This document shows positions 48,627 through 60,965 of a stretch of DNA of 64,000 nt, one piece after another. Position 1 is the stretch's first letter; every line of letters starts with the position of its first letter. The notes under the pieces are model-generated. The model did not search any database and was not told where the DNA came from. It was given only the letters and a program-made list of their open reading frames with translations. Source of the DNA: Heterodontus francisci. Its lineage: Eukaryota. Position numbers and translations under genes: made by a program. The stretch covers positions 5,780,375 to 5,844,374 of the forward strand of contig NC_090387.1 in assembly GCF_036365525.1 (NCBI RefSeq), given 5' to 3'.

Positions 48627-50238
48627 TCATAGTCTAAGGATACGAGGTAAACCATTCAGGACTGAGATGAGGAGAAATTTCTTCACCCAGAGAGTGGTGA
48701 GTCTGTGGAATTCGCTACCACAGAAAGCAGTTGAAGCCAAAACATTGTATGTTTTCAAGAAGGAGTTAGATATAGCTCTTGGGTCTAAAGGGATCAAAGG
48801 GTATGGGGAGAAAGCAGGAACAAGCTACTGAGTTGGATGATCAGCCATGATCATAATGAATGGCGGAGCAGGCTCGAAGGGCCGAATGGCCTACTCCTGC
48901 TCCTATTTTCTATGTTTCTATGCTCAGTTGTATCAAACTGGTCCTTGCATTTCTAGAAGGCCTAGCACCACTGCAGAGAAACTAGAGCAACAAGCCCCAG
49001 AAAGAATTTTCAAAGAATTCTTGCTGTGAACGGGGTAACTGAGGTTTTGAAAGTGTTGAGAAGTGGCTGCAGAGTGGGGTGGAGTCAGTGGCAATGGAAC
49101 GAACTGAAAACAATGGACTTGATCGTCCCAGTGTTCAGGGAGAAGATATTTTTGAGTTATCCACTTCTAGTCAGGCAAATTAATAGGACAGAGTTAGTCT
49201 TGGTGCCAATTCCATCCAGGACAAAGCAGCCACTTAGTTGGCACCCCATCCACCACCTTCAACATTCACTCCCTCCACCACCGACACACAGTGGCAGTAG
49301 TGTGTACCATTTACAAGATGCACTGCAGCAACTCACCAAGTCTCCTTCGACAGCACCTTCCAAACCTGTAATCTCAGGAAATGGAAGGGAGGGAGGAACT
49401 CCAGAAAATTACAATCACCAGGGAAGTGGTACTGAACAAATTGTTGGAGCTGTTGGCTGACAAGTCCCCGGGTCCTGATGGACTTCATCCTAGGGTCAAA
49501 ATTTCCTAGATCCAGGGAAGGTTCCATTAGATTGGAAAGTAGTGAATGTAACTCCTTTATTCAGAAAGCAGGAAACTACAGGCCAGTTAGCTTAACATCT
49601 GTCTCAGAAAATGTTAGAAACTATTATTAAAGCAGGGCACTTAGAAAAATTGAAGGTAATCAGGCAGAGTCAACTTGATTTTGTGAAAGGGAAATCATGT
49701 TTAACCAATTTATTGGAATTCTTTGAAGAAGTAACGTGCTGTGGATAAAGGGGAACCGGTGGATGTACTGCACCTAGATTTCCAGAAGGCATTTGATAAG
49801 GTGCCACATCAAAGGTTATTGCAGAAAATAAAAGCTCATGGTGCAGAGGGTAACATCTTGGCATGGATAGAAGATTGGCTAGCAAACAGGAAACAGAGAG
49901 TCGGCATAAATGGGTCATTTTCTGATTGGCAAGATGTAACGAGTGGTGTCTCACAGGGATCTATGCTGGGGCCTAAACTTTTTACAATTTATATAAATGA
50001 CTTGAATGAGTGGGCAAAGATCTGGCAAATGGAGTATAATGTGGGAAAATGTGAAGATGTCCATTTTGGCAGGAAGAATAAAAAAGAAGCATATTATCTA
50101 AATGGTCTGAGATGCAGAGGGATCTGGGTGTCCTAGTACATGAATCGCAAAAGGTTAGTATGCAGGTACAGCAAGTAATTAGGAAAGCTAACAGAATGTT
50201 ACTGTTTATTGCGAGGGGAATTGAATACAAAAGTAGGG

Positions 50239-51135
50239 AGAATACCTTCTGGGAGAGGAGCGGAGCTGCAGAAGGAACACGAGTGGGGAGCTGATAAATA
50301 CAGCTTGAGGATCGCGGCCTGCAGCACTTGCTTTCTCGGAGAGGAGCGGACTTGTGGGGGGAGCAGGGAGCCAATAAATACAGCCCAAGGATTGAGGCCT
50401 AGAACACTTACCTTCTGGGAGAGCAGCGGACCTGCGGGGGGAACACGGAGCGGGGAGCCAATAAATACAGCCCAAGGATTGCAGCCTGGAACACTTACCT
50501 TCCGGGAGAGAAGCGAACCTGTGGGGGGGGGAACACGGAGCGGGGAGCCAATAAATACAGCCCAAGGATTGCAGCCTGGAACACTTACCTTCCGGGAGAG
50601 AAGCGAACCTGTGGGGGGAACACGGAGCGAGGTGCCAATAAATACAGCCCAAGGATTGCAGCCTGGAACACTTACCTTCCGGGAGAGCAGTGGATCTGCG
50701 GGGGGGAAACACGGAGCGGGGAGCCAATAAATACAGCCCAAGGATTGCAGCCTGGAACACTTACCTTCCGGGAGAGCAGCGGACCTGCGGGGGAAACACG
50801 GAGCGGGGAGCCAATAAATACAGCCCAAGGATTGCAGCCTGGAACACTTACCTTCCGGGAGAGAAGCGAACCTGTGGGGGGAACACGGAGCGGGGAGCCA
50901 ATAAATACAGCCCAAGGATTGCAGCCTGGAACACTTACCTTCCGGGAGAGAAGCGAACCTGTGGGGGGAACACGGAGCGAGGTGCCAATAAATACAGCCC
51001 AAGGATTGCAGCCTGGAACACTTACCTTCCGGGAGAGCAGCGGAGAGAAGCGAACCTGTGGGGGGAACACGGAGCGAGGTGCCAATAAATACAGCCCAAG
51101 GATTGCAGCCTGGAACACTTACCTTCCGGGAGAGC
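50239..51135. repeat. ~87-bp tandem monomer array, ~10 copies
   Basis: Unit contains GCCAATAAATACAGCCCAAGGATTGCAGCCTGGAACACTTACCTTCCGGGAGAG; the first units are more diverged. Confidence 0.95.
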
Positions 51136-51280
51136 ACCGTAGTTTGAAAACAAAGTGAACAATGATGTCACAGGAAAGCTGCACGATGATTGGTTGGTGA
51201 GTAACTGCTGTTAGAGAGTATCAATAAATAGCTGGGTTAGTATATTACCGTTAGGGTGTGTGTTTAAATAGCTGGGTTTT

Positions 51281-52410
51281 ACATAAGAACATAAGAAATA
51301 GGAGCAGGATTAGGCCATTCAGCCCCTCAAGCCTGCCCCACCATTCAATAAGATCATGGCTGATCCCAGGCCTCAACTCCTCTTTCAGGCCCGCTCCGCA
51401 TAACCCTCGACTCCCCGAGATTTCAAAGATCTATCTACCTCCTCCTCAAATACATTTAATGACCTAGCCTCCACAACCCTCTGAGGTAGAGAATTCCAGA
51501 GATTCACCACCCTCTGAGAGAAGAAATTCCTTCACATCTCAGTTTTAAATGTCTGCCCCCTTGTTCTGTAACTATGTCCCCTAGTTTGAGATTCCCCCAC
51601 CAGTGGAAACATCTTCTCAACATCTACCCTGTCAAGCCCCCTTAAAATATTATATGTTTCAATCAGATCACCTCTCATTCTTCTAAACTCCAACGAATAA
51701 AGGCCTAACCTGTTTAGTTGTGATAAGACAACCCCTTCATCCCAGAAATCAGCCTCGTGAACCTTTTCTGAACTGTATCCAATGCTAGTATATCCTTCCT
51801 TAAACACGGGGACCAAAATTGTACGCAGTACTCCAGGTGTGGCCTCACCAACACCCTGTACAGTTGTAACAAGACTTCCCTATTTTTAAACTCTAACCCC
51901 CTAGCAATAAAGGCCAAAATTCCATTTACCTTCCTAATTGCTGCACCTGCACACTAACCTTTTGTATTTCATGTACAAGAACACCCAGATCTCTCTGTAC
52001 TGCAGTATTTTATAGTCTTTCTCCATCTAAATAATAATCTGCCTTTTTATTCTTCCTACCAAAGTGCATGACCTCACACTTTCCCACATTGAACTCCATC
52101 TGCCAAGATTTTGTCCACTCACCCAACCTATCTATATCCCTTTACAGATTCTTTGTGTCCTCATCACAACATGCTTTCCCACCTATTTTTGTATCGTCAG
52201 CAAATTTGGATACACTACACTCTGTCCCATCCTCCAAGTCATTAATATAGATAGTAAATAGTTGAGGCCCTAGGACCAATCACTGTGGCACCCCACTAGT
52301 TACGGCTTTCCAACCTGAAAAAGACGCATTGATCCCGACTCTCTGCCTTCTGTGTGTTAGCCAATCCTCAATCCATGCCAACACATTACCCCCAATACTA
52401 TGAGCTCTTA
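51281..52410 (-). mobile_element. 5'-truncated CR1 LINE in inverted orientation
   Basis: Has its own 3' tail (ACATAAGAACATAAGAA on +) and RT C-terminal motifs on the minus strand. Confidence 0.9.
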
Positions 52411-54220
52411 TTAGGAAAGCTAAGAGAGGGCATGAAAGAATATTGGCAAGCAAAATCAAAGTGAAAACAAAGATGTTTTATTAATACATTAAGAGTAAGA
52501 GGATAACTAAGGAGAGAGTAAGGCCCATAAAAGACCAAAAAGGTAACCTATGTGAAGGGGCAAAAGATATTGGTATGGTTCTTAACGAATACTTTGCGTC
52601 TGTCCTCACAAAAAAGGGGGATGATGCAGATATTGTAGTTGAGGAAGAGGGGTGTGAAGTATTGGATGTGATAAACATAGAGAGAGAGGATGTATTAATG
52701 GAATTAGTTGATAAATCACCAGGGCCGGATGAAATGTACCCAGGTTGTTAAAAGAAGCAAGAGAGGAAATAGCAGAGGATCTGACCATTATTTTCCAGTC
52801 CTCTGTTTAAAAAGGGAGTGAAGGACAGACTGAATAAATAACAGGCCAGTCAGTCTAACCTCAGTAGTGGGCAAATGTTTGGAATCTATTCTGAGAGACA
52901 GGATAAACTGTCACTTAGAAAGGCACAGATTAATTAAGCACGGATTTGTTAAGGGACGATCTTGTTTGACCAATTTGATCAAATTTTTTGAAGTAGTAAC
53001 AATGAGGATAGATGAGGGTAGTGCAGTTGATATGGTCTACATAGATTTTGGCAAGGCTTTTGACAAAGACCCACATGGCAGACTGGTTTAAAAAAAAAAA
53101 TCCCATGGGATCCAGCGAATGCAGCAAGGTGGAAACAAAATTGGGCTCAGTAGCAGGAAACAAAGGGTAATTGTTGACTGTTTCAGTGATTGGAGGGCTG
53201 TTTCCAGTGGCGTTCCGCAGGGCTCAGTACTGGGTCCCCTGCTTTTTGTGGTGTATATTAACGATTTGGACGTAAATGTAGGGGCATGATCAAGAAGTTT
53301 GCAGATGACACAAAGATTGTCCGTGTGGTAGAGAGCGGGGAGGATAGCTGGAGGCTGCAGGAAGATATTGATGGTCTGGTCAGATGGGCAAAAAAGTGGC
53401 AAATGGAATTCAACCTGGAGAAATGTGAGGTGATGCATTAGGGAGGTCAAACAAGGCAAAGGAATACACGATTAATGGGAAAATACTGAGAAGTGTAGAG
53501 GAAGTGAGGGACCTTGGAGTGAATGTCCACAGATCCCTGAAGGTAGCAGGACAGGTCGATAAGGTGGTTAAGAAGGCATATGGAATCCTTTCCTTTATTA
53601 GCCGAGGTACAGAATATAAGAGCAGGGAGGTTATGCTGGAACTGTATAACTCATTGGTTAGGCCACAACTTGAGTACTGTGTGCAGTTCTGGTCACCTCA
53701 TTACAGAAAGGATGTAATTGCACTAGAGAGGGTACAGAGGAGATTTACGAGGATGTTGCCAGGATTGGAAAAATGCAGCTATGAGGAAAGATTGGATAGT
53801 CTGGGGTTGTTCTCCTTGGAACAGAGAAGGCTGAGGGGAAATCTGATTGAAATGCACAAAATCTTGAGGGGTCTGGATAGTGTGGAGGTGAAGGGTCTGT
53901 TCACCTTAGCAGAGAGGTCAGTGACGAGGGGACATAGATTTAAAGTGATTGGCAGAAAAATTAGAGGGGAGATGAGGAAAAACATTTTCACCCAGAGGGT
54001 GATGGGGGGTCTGGAATTCACTGCCTTGAGGCAGAAACCCTCAACTCATTCAAAAGGAGTCTGGATATGCCCCTCCAGTGTCGTAATCTGCAGGGCTACG
54101 GACCAAATGCTGGAAGGTGGGATTAGAATGGGTGGGATGTTTTTCGGCCAGCACAGAAATGATGGGTCAAGTGGCCTTACTGTGCCTTAAACTTTCTATG
54201 ATTCTATGATTTCCATGATT
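52411..54220 (+). mobile_element. CR1 LINE (RT to 3' end), different subfamily
   Basis: LNEYFASV, DKSPGPD, KFADDTK motifs; TTCTATGATTCTATGA tail. Confidence 0.9.
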
Positions 54221-55575
54221 TGATGCTTCAGTGAGCCAGGGCATTGGTGAGACCACATCTGGAGTACTGTGTACAGTATTGCTTATTTAAGGAAGGATGT
54301 AAATGTGTTGGAAGCAGTTCAGAGAAGGTTTACTAGACTAATACCTGGAATGGGTGGATTGTTTTATGAGGAAAGGTTGGACCGGCTAGGCTTGTATCCA
54401 CTGGAGTTTAGAAGAGTAAGAGGCAATTTGATTGAAACATATAAGATCCTGAGGGGTCTTGACAGGGTGGATGTGGAAAGGATGTTTCCCCTTGTGGGAG
54501 AATCTAGAACTAGGGGTCACTGTTTAAAAATAAGGGGTCACCCATTTAAGACAGAGATGAGGAGAAATTTTTCTGAGGGTTGTGAGACTTTGGAATTCTC
54601 TTCCTCAAAAGGCAGTGGAAGCAGAGTCTTTGAATATTTTTAAGGCAGAGGTAGATAGATTCTTGATGAGCAAGGGGGTGAAAGGTTATTAGGGGTTGGT
54701 GGGAATGTGGAGTTGAGGTTACAATCAGATCAGTCATGATCTTATTGAATGGCGGAGCAGGCTCGAGGGGCCGAGTGGCCTACTCCTGCTCTTAATTCAT
54801 ACGTACGTATATAATGCCCTTCCCGCACTCTCCTGCTCCCCCTTCATCCCTCTCACATCCTCCTAGCCCCCAACTGACCCCGCAACCTCCAACAAACCTC
54901 CCGCCCACTGCCAATCTCACCACCCCCAACCCCAACCCCTTTCCCCAGATGGCCCAACACAATAAACTTGCAAACAAAGGTTTCAGTCACAGAGCTGCAC
55001 CTGCGCTCAATGTGTTGCTAAAACTCGTGAAATCGATCCCTGGGGTCAAGTTGGTGCTTTTCACTCTCTCCTCCCCTTGGTGTGATTGCAATTTCACAAA
55101 CCTCGACCCAGTCCCTGGGCCGGTAACTTGAGGAAGCTTGTTGACAAGTCCCTGGCTGCAGGAACAGGAATTAAAAGGATCTGTTGTGTTTTTCCCTTTG
55201 ATTCCAGCTATTTCAGGTCCAGCTCTGTGGGCTGTCGAATCACAGGACTGTTATGGAAGGTGACTGGTAACAGAGTGACAGAGTGGTTCCTGCTACTGGT
55301 GCAGTAATTCATACAATCTCTGGCCTCTAATTATATCCCAGTCCCACTCACCTTGACTGTAATAACGTTCACTGAACTTTTTTCTTAAATGTCTTTGTTC
55401 TTTTAAGTTTCTGCCGAATGGTTTTTCTGGTGACAAATACAAAACTGTTGGTGAACGAGCTGAATTGGGAATGACAGGAATGTGGGATGTTTCAGTTGGA
55501 TGTTATTGTTCCCTTCCAACACTCCAGCATTAACAGCCCCTCATTCCTCGAGCTCTATGATTGGGCTGAAGCCCT

Positions 55576-55882
55576 CCAATTCCATTCCCCCTCCTCCTCC
55601 AATTCCATTCCCCCTCCTCCTCCTCCAATTCCATTCCCCTCCTCCTCCTCCGATTCCATTCCCCCTCCTCCTCCTCCGATTCCATACCCCCTCCTCCTCC
55701 TCCGATTCCATTCCCCCTCCTCCTCCTCCGATTCCATTCCCCCTCCTCCTCCTCCGATTCCATTCCCCCTCCTCCTCCTCCGATTCCATTCCCCCTCCTC
55801 CTCCTCCAATTCCATTCCCCCTCCTCCTCCTCCAATTCCATTCCCCCTCCTCCTCCTCCAATTCCATTCCCCCTCCTCCTCC
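55576..55882. repeat. 26-bp pyrimidine-rich minisatellite, ~12 copies
   Basis: Unit CCRATTCCATTCCCCCTCCTCCTCCT. Confidence 0.95.
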
Positions 55883-55899
55883 ATTTTATCTTTCTTTAG

Positions 55900-58010
55900 A
55901 GGTTAGCGGACTCTCACGGTGAAGCTCGTAACTCTTCAATCAGAAGCTTGTAGTTTACATCCCATTCCAGAGACTGGAGTTCAAAATCAAGGCTGACACT
56001 CCCAGGGCAGTACTGAGGGAGTGCCGCACTGTCGGAGGGTCAGTACTGAGGGAGGGCCGCACTGTCGGAGGGTCAGTACTGAGGGAGGGCCGCACTGTCG
56101 GAGGGTCAGTACTGAGGGAGGGCCGCACTGTCGGAGGGTCAGTACTGAGGGAGGGCCGCACTGTCGGAGGGTCAGTACTGAGGGAGGGCCGCACTGTCGG
56201 AGGGTCAGTACTGAGGGAGGGCCGCACTGTCGGAGGGTCAGTACTGAGGGAGCGCCGCACTGTCGGAGGGTCAGTACTGAGGGAGGGCCGCACTGTCGGA
56301 GGGTCAGTACTGAGGGAGGGCCGCACTGTCGGAGGGTCAGTACTGAGGGAGGGCCGCACTGTCGGAGGGTCAGTACTGAGGGAGGGCCGCACTGTCGGAG
56401 GGTCAGTACTGAGGGAGCGCCGCACTGTCGGAGGGTCAGTACTGAGGGAGGGCCGCACTGTCGGAGGGTCAGTACTGAGGGAGCGCCGCACTGTCGGAGG
56501 GTCAGTACTGAGGGAGCGCCGCACTGTCGGAGGGTCAGTACTGAGGGAGCGCCGCACTGTCGGAGGGTCAGTACTGAGGGAGGGCCGCACTGTCGGAGGG
56601 TCAGTACTGAGGGAGCGCCGCACTGTCGGAGGGTCAGTACTGAGGGAGCGCCGCACTGTCGGAGAGTCAGTACTGAGGGAGGGCCGCACTGTCGGAGGGT
56701 CAGTACTGAGGGAGTGCCGCACTGTCGGAGGGTCAGCACTGAGGGAGTGCCGCACTGTCGGAGGGTCAGCACTGAGGGAGTGCCGCACTGTCGGAGGGTC
56801 AGCACTGAGGGAGCGCCGCACTGTCGGAGGGTCAGCACTGAGGGAGCGCCGCACTGTCGGAGGGTCAGCACTGAGGGAGCGCCGCACTGTCGGAGGGTCA
56901 GCACTGAGGGAGCGCCGCACTGTCGGAGGGTCAGTACTGAGGGAGCGCCGCACTGTCGGAGGGTCAGTACTGAGGGAGCGCCGCACTGTCGGAGGGTCAG
57001 TACTGAGGGAGCGCCGCACTGTCGGAGGGTCAGTACTGAGGGAGGGCCGCACTGTCGGAGGGTCAGTACTGAGGGAGGGCCGCACTGTCGGAGGGTCAGT
57101 ACTGAGGGAGCGCCGCACTGTCGGAGGGTCAGTACTGAGGGAGCGCCGCACTGTCGGAGAGTCAGTACTGAGGGAGCGCCGCACTGTCGGAGGGTCAGTA
57201 CTGAGGGAGGGCCGCACTGTCGGAGGGTCAGTACTGAGGGAGGGCCGCACTGTCGGAGGGTCAGTACTGAGGGAGTGCCGCACTGTCGGAGGGTCAGCAC
57301 TGAGGGAGTGCCGCACTGTCGGAGGGTCAGCACTGAGGGAGTGCCGCACTGTCGGAGGGTCAGCACTGAGGGAGCGCCGCACTGTCGGAGGGTCAGCACT
57401 GAGGGAGCGCCGCACTGTCGGAGGGTCAGCACTGAGGGAGCGCCGCACTGTCGGAGGGTCAGCACTGAGGGAGCGCCGCACTGTCGGAGGGTCAGTACTG
57501 AGGGAGCGCCGCACTGTCGGAGGGTCAGTACTGAGGGAGCGCCGCACTGTCGGAGGGTCAGCACTGAGGGAGCGCCGCACTGTCGGAGGGTCAGCACTGA
57601 GGGAGTGCCGCACTGTCGGAGGGTCAGTACTGAGGGAGCGCCGCACTGTCGGAGGGTCAGTACTGAGGGAGCGCCGCACTGTCGGAGGGTCAGTACTGAG
57701 GGAGCGCCGCACTGTCGGAGGGTCAGTACTCTTTCTGATGAAACGTTAAGATGAGGCTGTGTACACTCTCAGGTGGATGTAAAAGATCCCATGGCTATGA
57801 TTTCAAAGACAAATAGGAGAATTTCCGTGGTCTAATGGCCAATAATCATCCCTGAGCAACATCACTAAAACAGAGGATGTCATCACATTAGTGTTTGTGG
57901 GATCCTGCTGTGCGCCAATTGGCTGCCAATGTTTCTGACAAACAGTGGCAACACTTCAAACAAACTACTTCATTGATTACAAAGGATTTTGGGATGTCTT
58001 TCACTAGAAA
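55900..58010 (+). mobile_element. SacSINE1-like DeuSINE with a 52-unit internal 33-bp array (56008-57730)
   Basis: Degenerate head ...AAATCAAGGCTGACACTCCCAG, the array, then CTTTCTGATGAAACGTTAA...GTAAAAGATCCCATGGC Deu body. Confidence 0.88.
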
Positions 58011-60959
58011 TGCACACCTTTTCAAACACTGATTCAATTTAGGGAATGAAGGGATATGGGGAGCAGGCAGGAAAGTGAAATTGAAGTCCCAGATTGTATT
58101 GAATGACGGAGCAGACTCGATGGGCTGTGTCGTCTACTCCTGCCCCTATTTCTTATGTTTTTCTGTTCAATTCAGTGTTATATGATGCTCTAATCTGTGC
58201 TGCACTTGCCCCCCCCTGTGGTAAAACATCACACGTTTGAATAATGACTGAACTTGTATTATGATTCTGCAGGTTACACCAGGGAATAAGTGAGCCCCAC
58301 ACATTTGGAGAATCTGGTTTTACTCTTCCCCCTGCTCTATGGGGAACTGAGCAGATCTACAAGACTCTGTACCCCTGGAATTGAGATTGGGAATTCCCAG
58401 ACTTGATTTCCTGTTAGGTGAGGACAGTGGGGTGAACAGTAATACTGATGACAGGCTGATCTGCAAATCCTCACCGACTGTGTTCACACAAGGGCAATAG
58501 TCATTTGGGTTACATCATCGTGTAAGTGGTACCTAACCTAATCCCAGCTTCCTCCACTGGATATTTGCAAGTATTTTTAAAAATGTGATGAGGGTTTCTG
58601 CCTCTACCACCCTTTCAGGCAGTGAGTTCCAGACCCCCATTTGCCTCTTGATGAAAAAATGCTTCCTCATCCCCTCTCTAATCCCACTACCAATACTGTA
58701 AATCTACACCCCCTGATTTTTTACTCATCTGCTAAGGTAAAGAGGTCACCCCTAATGCCTCAATTGAGTCACCCCCCCCCCCCTCAGTCTCCTCCGTTCT
58801 CCACCCCAGCAAAGCCAATCTTTAATAGCTAAAATTTTCCAGTCCTGGCAACATCCTCGTAAATCTCCTCTGTACCCCATTCCTCTGCCTCTCCTCAGGA
58901 GAGGAAAATAATTCTATTTTCTTGTTATCTTGCCCAATTGCCAAAGCAATGATTTACGTTTTCCAATTCCACTGATTAAAATTTACAGCATAGAAAGAGG
59001 TCATTCTGCCCCTTAAGCCTGGGACAGCAGTAGCTCTTCTTTTAGTGCTCTAACCCACTCTAACTCTACTTCCCTTCTCTTTTCCCCATCCTTTAAATTT
59101 ATCCTTCACAAACACCAATCATTCCCCTTTTAAATAGTTCAAGTCTGTGCTCCAAAATCCCTCCCGATAAAGATCTTCTTGTTACAATAACCCTCTGCCA
59201 AGTTAACATGTTCCATATGCCCTTCATTCTTCCAGCGATCACCCTCACTCAGTGTCCCCTTGTTACTGATTCACACCCCATGGGAACAATCCTTCCTTGC
59301 ACTCTGTGCCGATACATGACTCCAGTCTCCCCACTCTAGTCGAATTTTAACTGCCCTTCAGTGACTCGCAAAACAGTCTAAGGAGAGGGGGAAATGGGCA
59401 ATGAAAGCAGCCAGGCCCTCGATGCCCATATTCTGAAAATGTATTTTAAAAAGTACAGATTCATCATTACATATTGACTTTCAGATTCGACATCCGTTGC
59501 TATGAAACCCAGATTTTTATGACCCTATGGAATCATCCTCAGTTAAACAGGATTTACAGGTCAGGAGAACTCCCATTGGTCTCAGACACTCGAATGCAGC
59601 ATCACTTACAGATGTTCTGTACTTGGGACAGCTGCCGTTTAAACTCAATGGGTTCCTCTGCTCTCATACACCTCCTGCTGGTTAGATATTGCATTGCACA
59701 GGCTGGGAGCAGGGTTTAATCATATCGCTAATCACTTCTTCCCATATTGAAACCTCCAGTCCTGTGAAATTCCAAGGGTTGCCAATTAAGATTAAAGCCG
59801 GGGCTGGGGGTGGGAGTGGAATCCCTCGATGCAGAAACAACATCTGCTGAACTCACCCTTGTTCTGACCTCGTAGGAATCCCAGAGTTCAAGCCCTTTGA
59901 TCCTGCTGCAGTTTTATTAAAAAGTTTCTAATCGGCATCTTTGATCTTTTCATGGCCCGTCTTCAAAGAACCTTAAACTCAGGCAAAATGGAATTCGGGG
60001 CTCAGGGTCAATTTTAAAGATTGCCGATGTCAATCACTGGACCATGGTGGTTAGTTTAGACTTTCCCCCTCTCCCCCACTGCAAATCAAACATGTGCAAT
60101 GACAAGTGACTCTTCTGGCTGATTTCCCCCTCCTCAGCCTTTCTGCCACTTCCTCAATCCTATTCGCAGCAGTTCAACACTCTTGTGCCCTGTAAAACTC
60201 CAAATCCCCTCCCCACTCCCTGTATCCTTTCGGAGCTGAACCCGTGATCTATCACCAACTCTTCATTCTCCTCTTGGGGATGTTTATGGGGAAGCAAAGG
60301 GAAGGTTCTCAGACTGGATCGAACTGTTTAAAACGATTCAATGAGTAGGGATCTATTTTCTCTGGTGGGGAAATCAAGTTTGGGGAGCTGGGTGTTGGAG
60401 GACACTGTTTAAAATGAAAGCCAGGCCACACAGGAGTGAAATCCAAAGGCAAGAATTCCTGCTGGATTGTGACCAGGTGTCAGCACAGGGAATGGCAGCT
60501 AGAGGGAGCACTGAACTTCACTGTGATGCCTCCTCAGGTACAATAGCCAGACCAACCTACTGCATGAACATGTACATCATAACATGCTTGGTGGATTCTT
60601 CGAGAAACTTTCTACAGCAAACAATGATGTTGGGAGCAGGAGAAAGAGGATTGGTTAATGAGCAGCTGATGTCTAACAGCATGGAGACTGCAACTTTCAC
60701 ATCCCCCGCTCCTGAAAGGATTTCACTGTTCACATGTCTGGAGATGAGACAGAGGCAGCTTCAGCCTCTCTGAACAAACTCGTTTTATTTCTGGCAGCTC
60801 AGTAACATCCATAACGGAGTCAGAGAATCATCGATTCAAGTCCCACTGCAGAGACTCGACTTCAAAACCCAGGCAATATTCCCAGCGCAGCGCTGAGGGA
60901 GCACCTTCAGGAAGGGGAGGATGAGGGTGAAGAGAAAAGCAGAGATTTGTGATTGAAGT

Positions 60960-60965
60960 TTTATT
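60960..60965 (-). terminator. Predicted GPI polyadenylation signal AATAAA
   Basis: TTTATT on the + strand ~380 nt beyond the GPI stop; a second one at 60784-60789. Confidence 0.65.

Larger units (their letters stand above)
46579..48921 (+). mobile_element. 5'-truncated CR1 LINE hosting two later insertions
   Basis: RT ORFs 46631-47266 and 47615-48202; TTCTATG tail. Confidence 0.92.
46340..48940 (+). mobile_element. SINE family B copy split by a CR1 insertion
   Basis: Head with GAGTTCAAATCCCACC at ~46380; resumes as CTCAGTTGTATCAAAC after 48921. Confidence 0.65.
49370..54800 (+). mobile_element. CR1 LINE split by a ~4 kb composite insertion (50239-54220)
   Basis: ORF2 breaks after ...IEYKSRE (50238) and resumes at TGATGCTTCAG...GCATTGGTGAGACCAC (54221). 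Confidence 0.85.

Noticed and set aside
51281-52410. Twin-priming 5' inversion of the flanking CR1
   Set aside because: The inverted segment has its own 3' tail and duplicates RT regions also present in 52411-54220, so it is an independent insertion.
55955-57754. 530-585 aa repetitive ORFs (PHCRRVSTEG, STDPPTVR)
   Set aside because: Translations of the 33-bp SINE-derived array; no splice or expression evidence.
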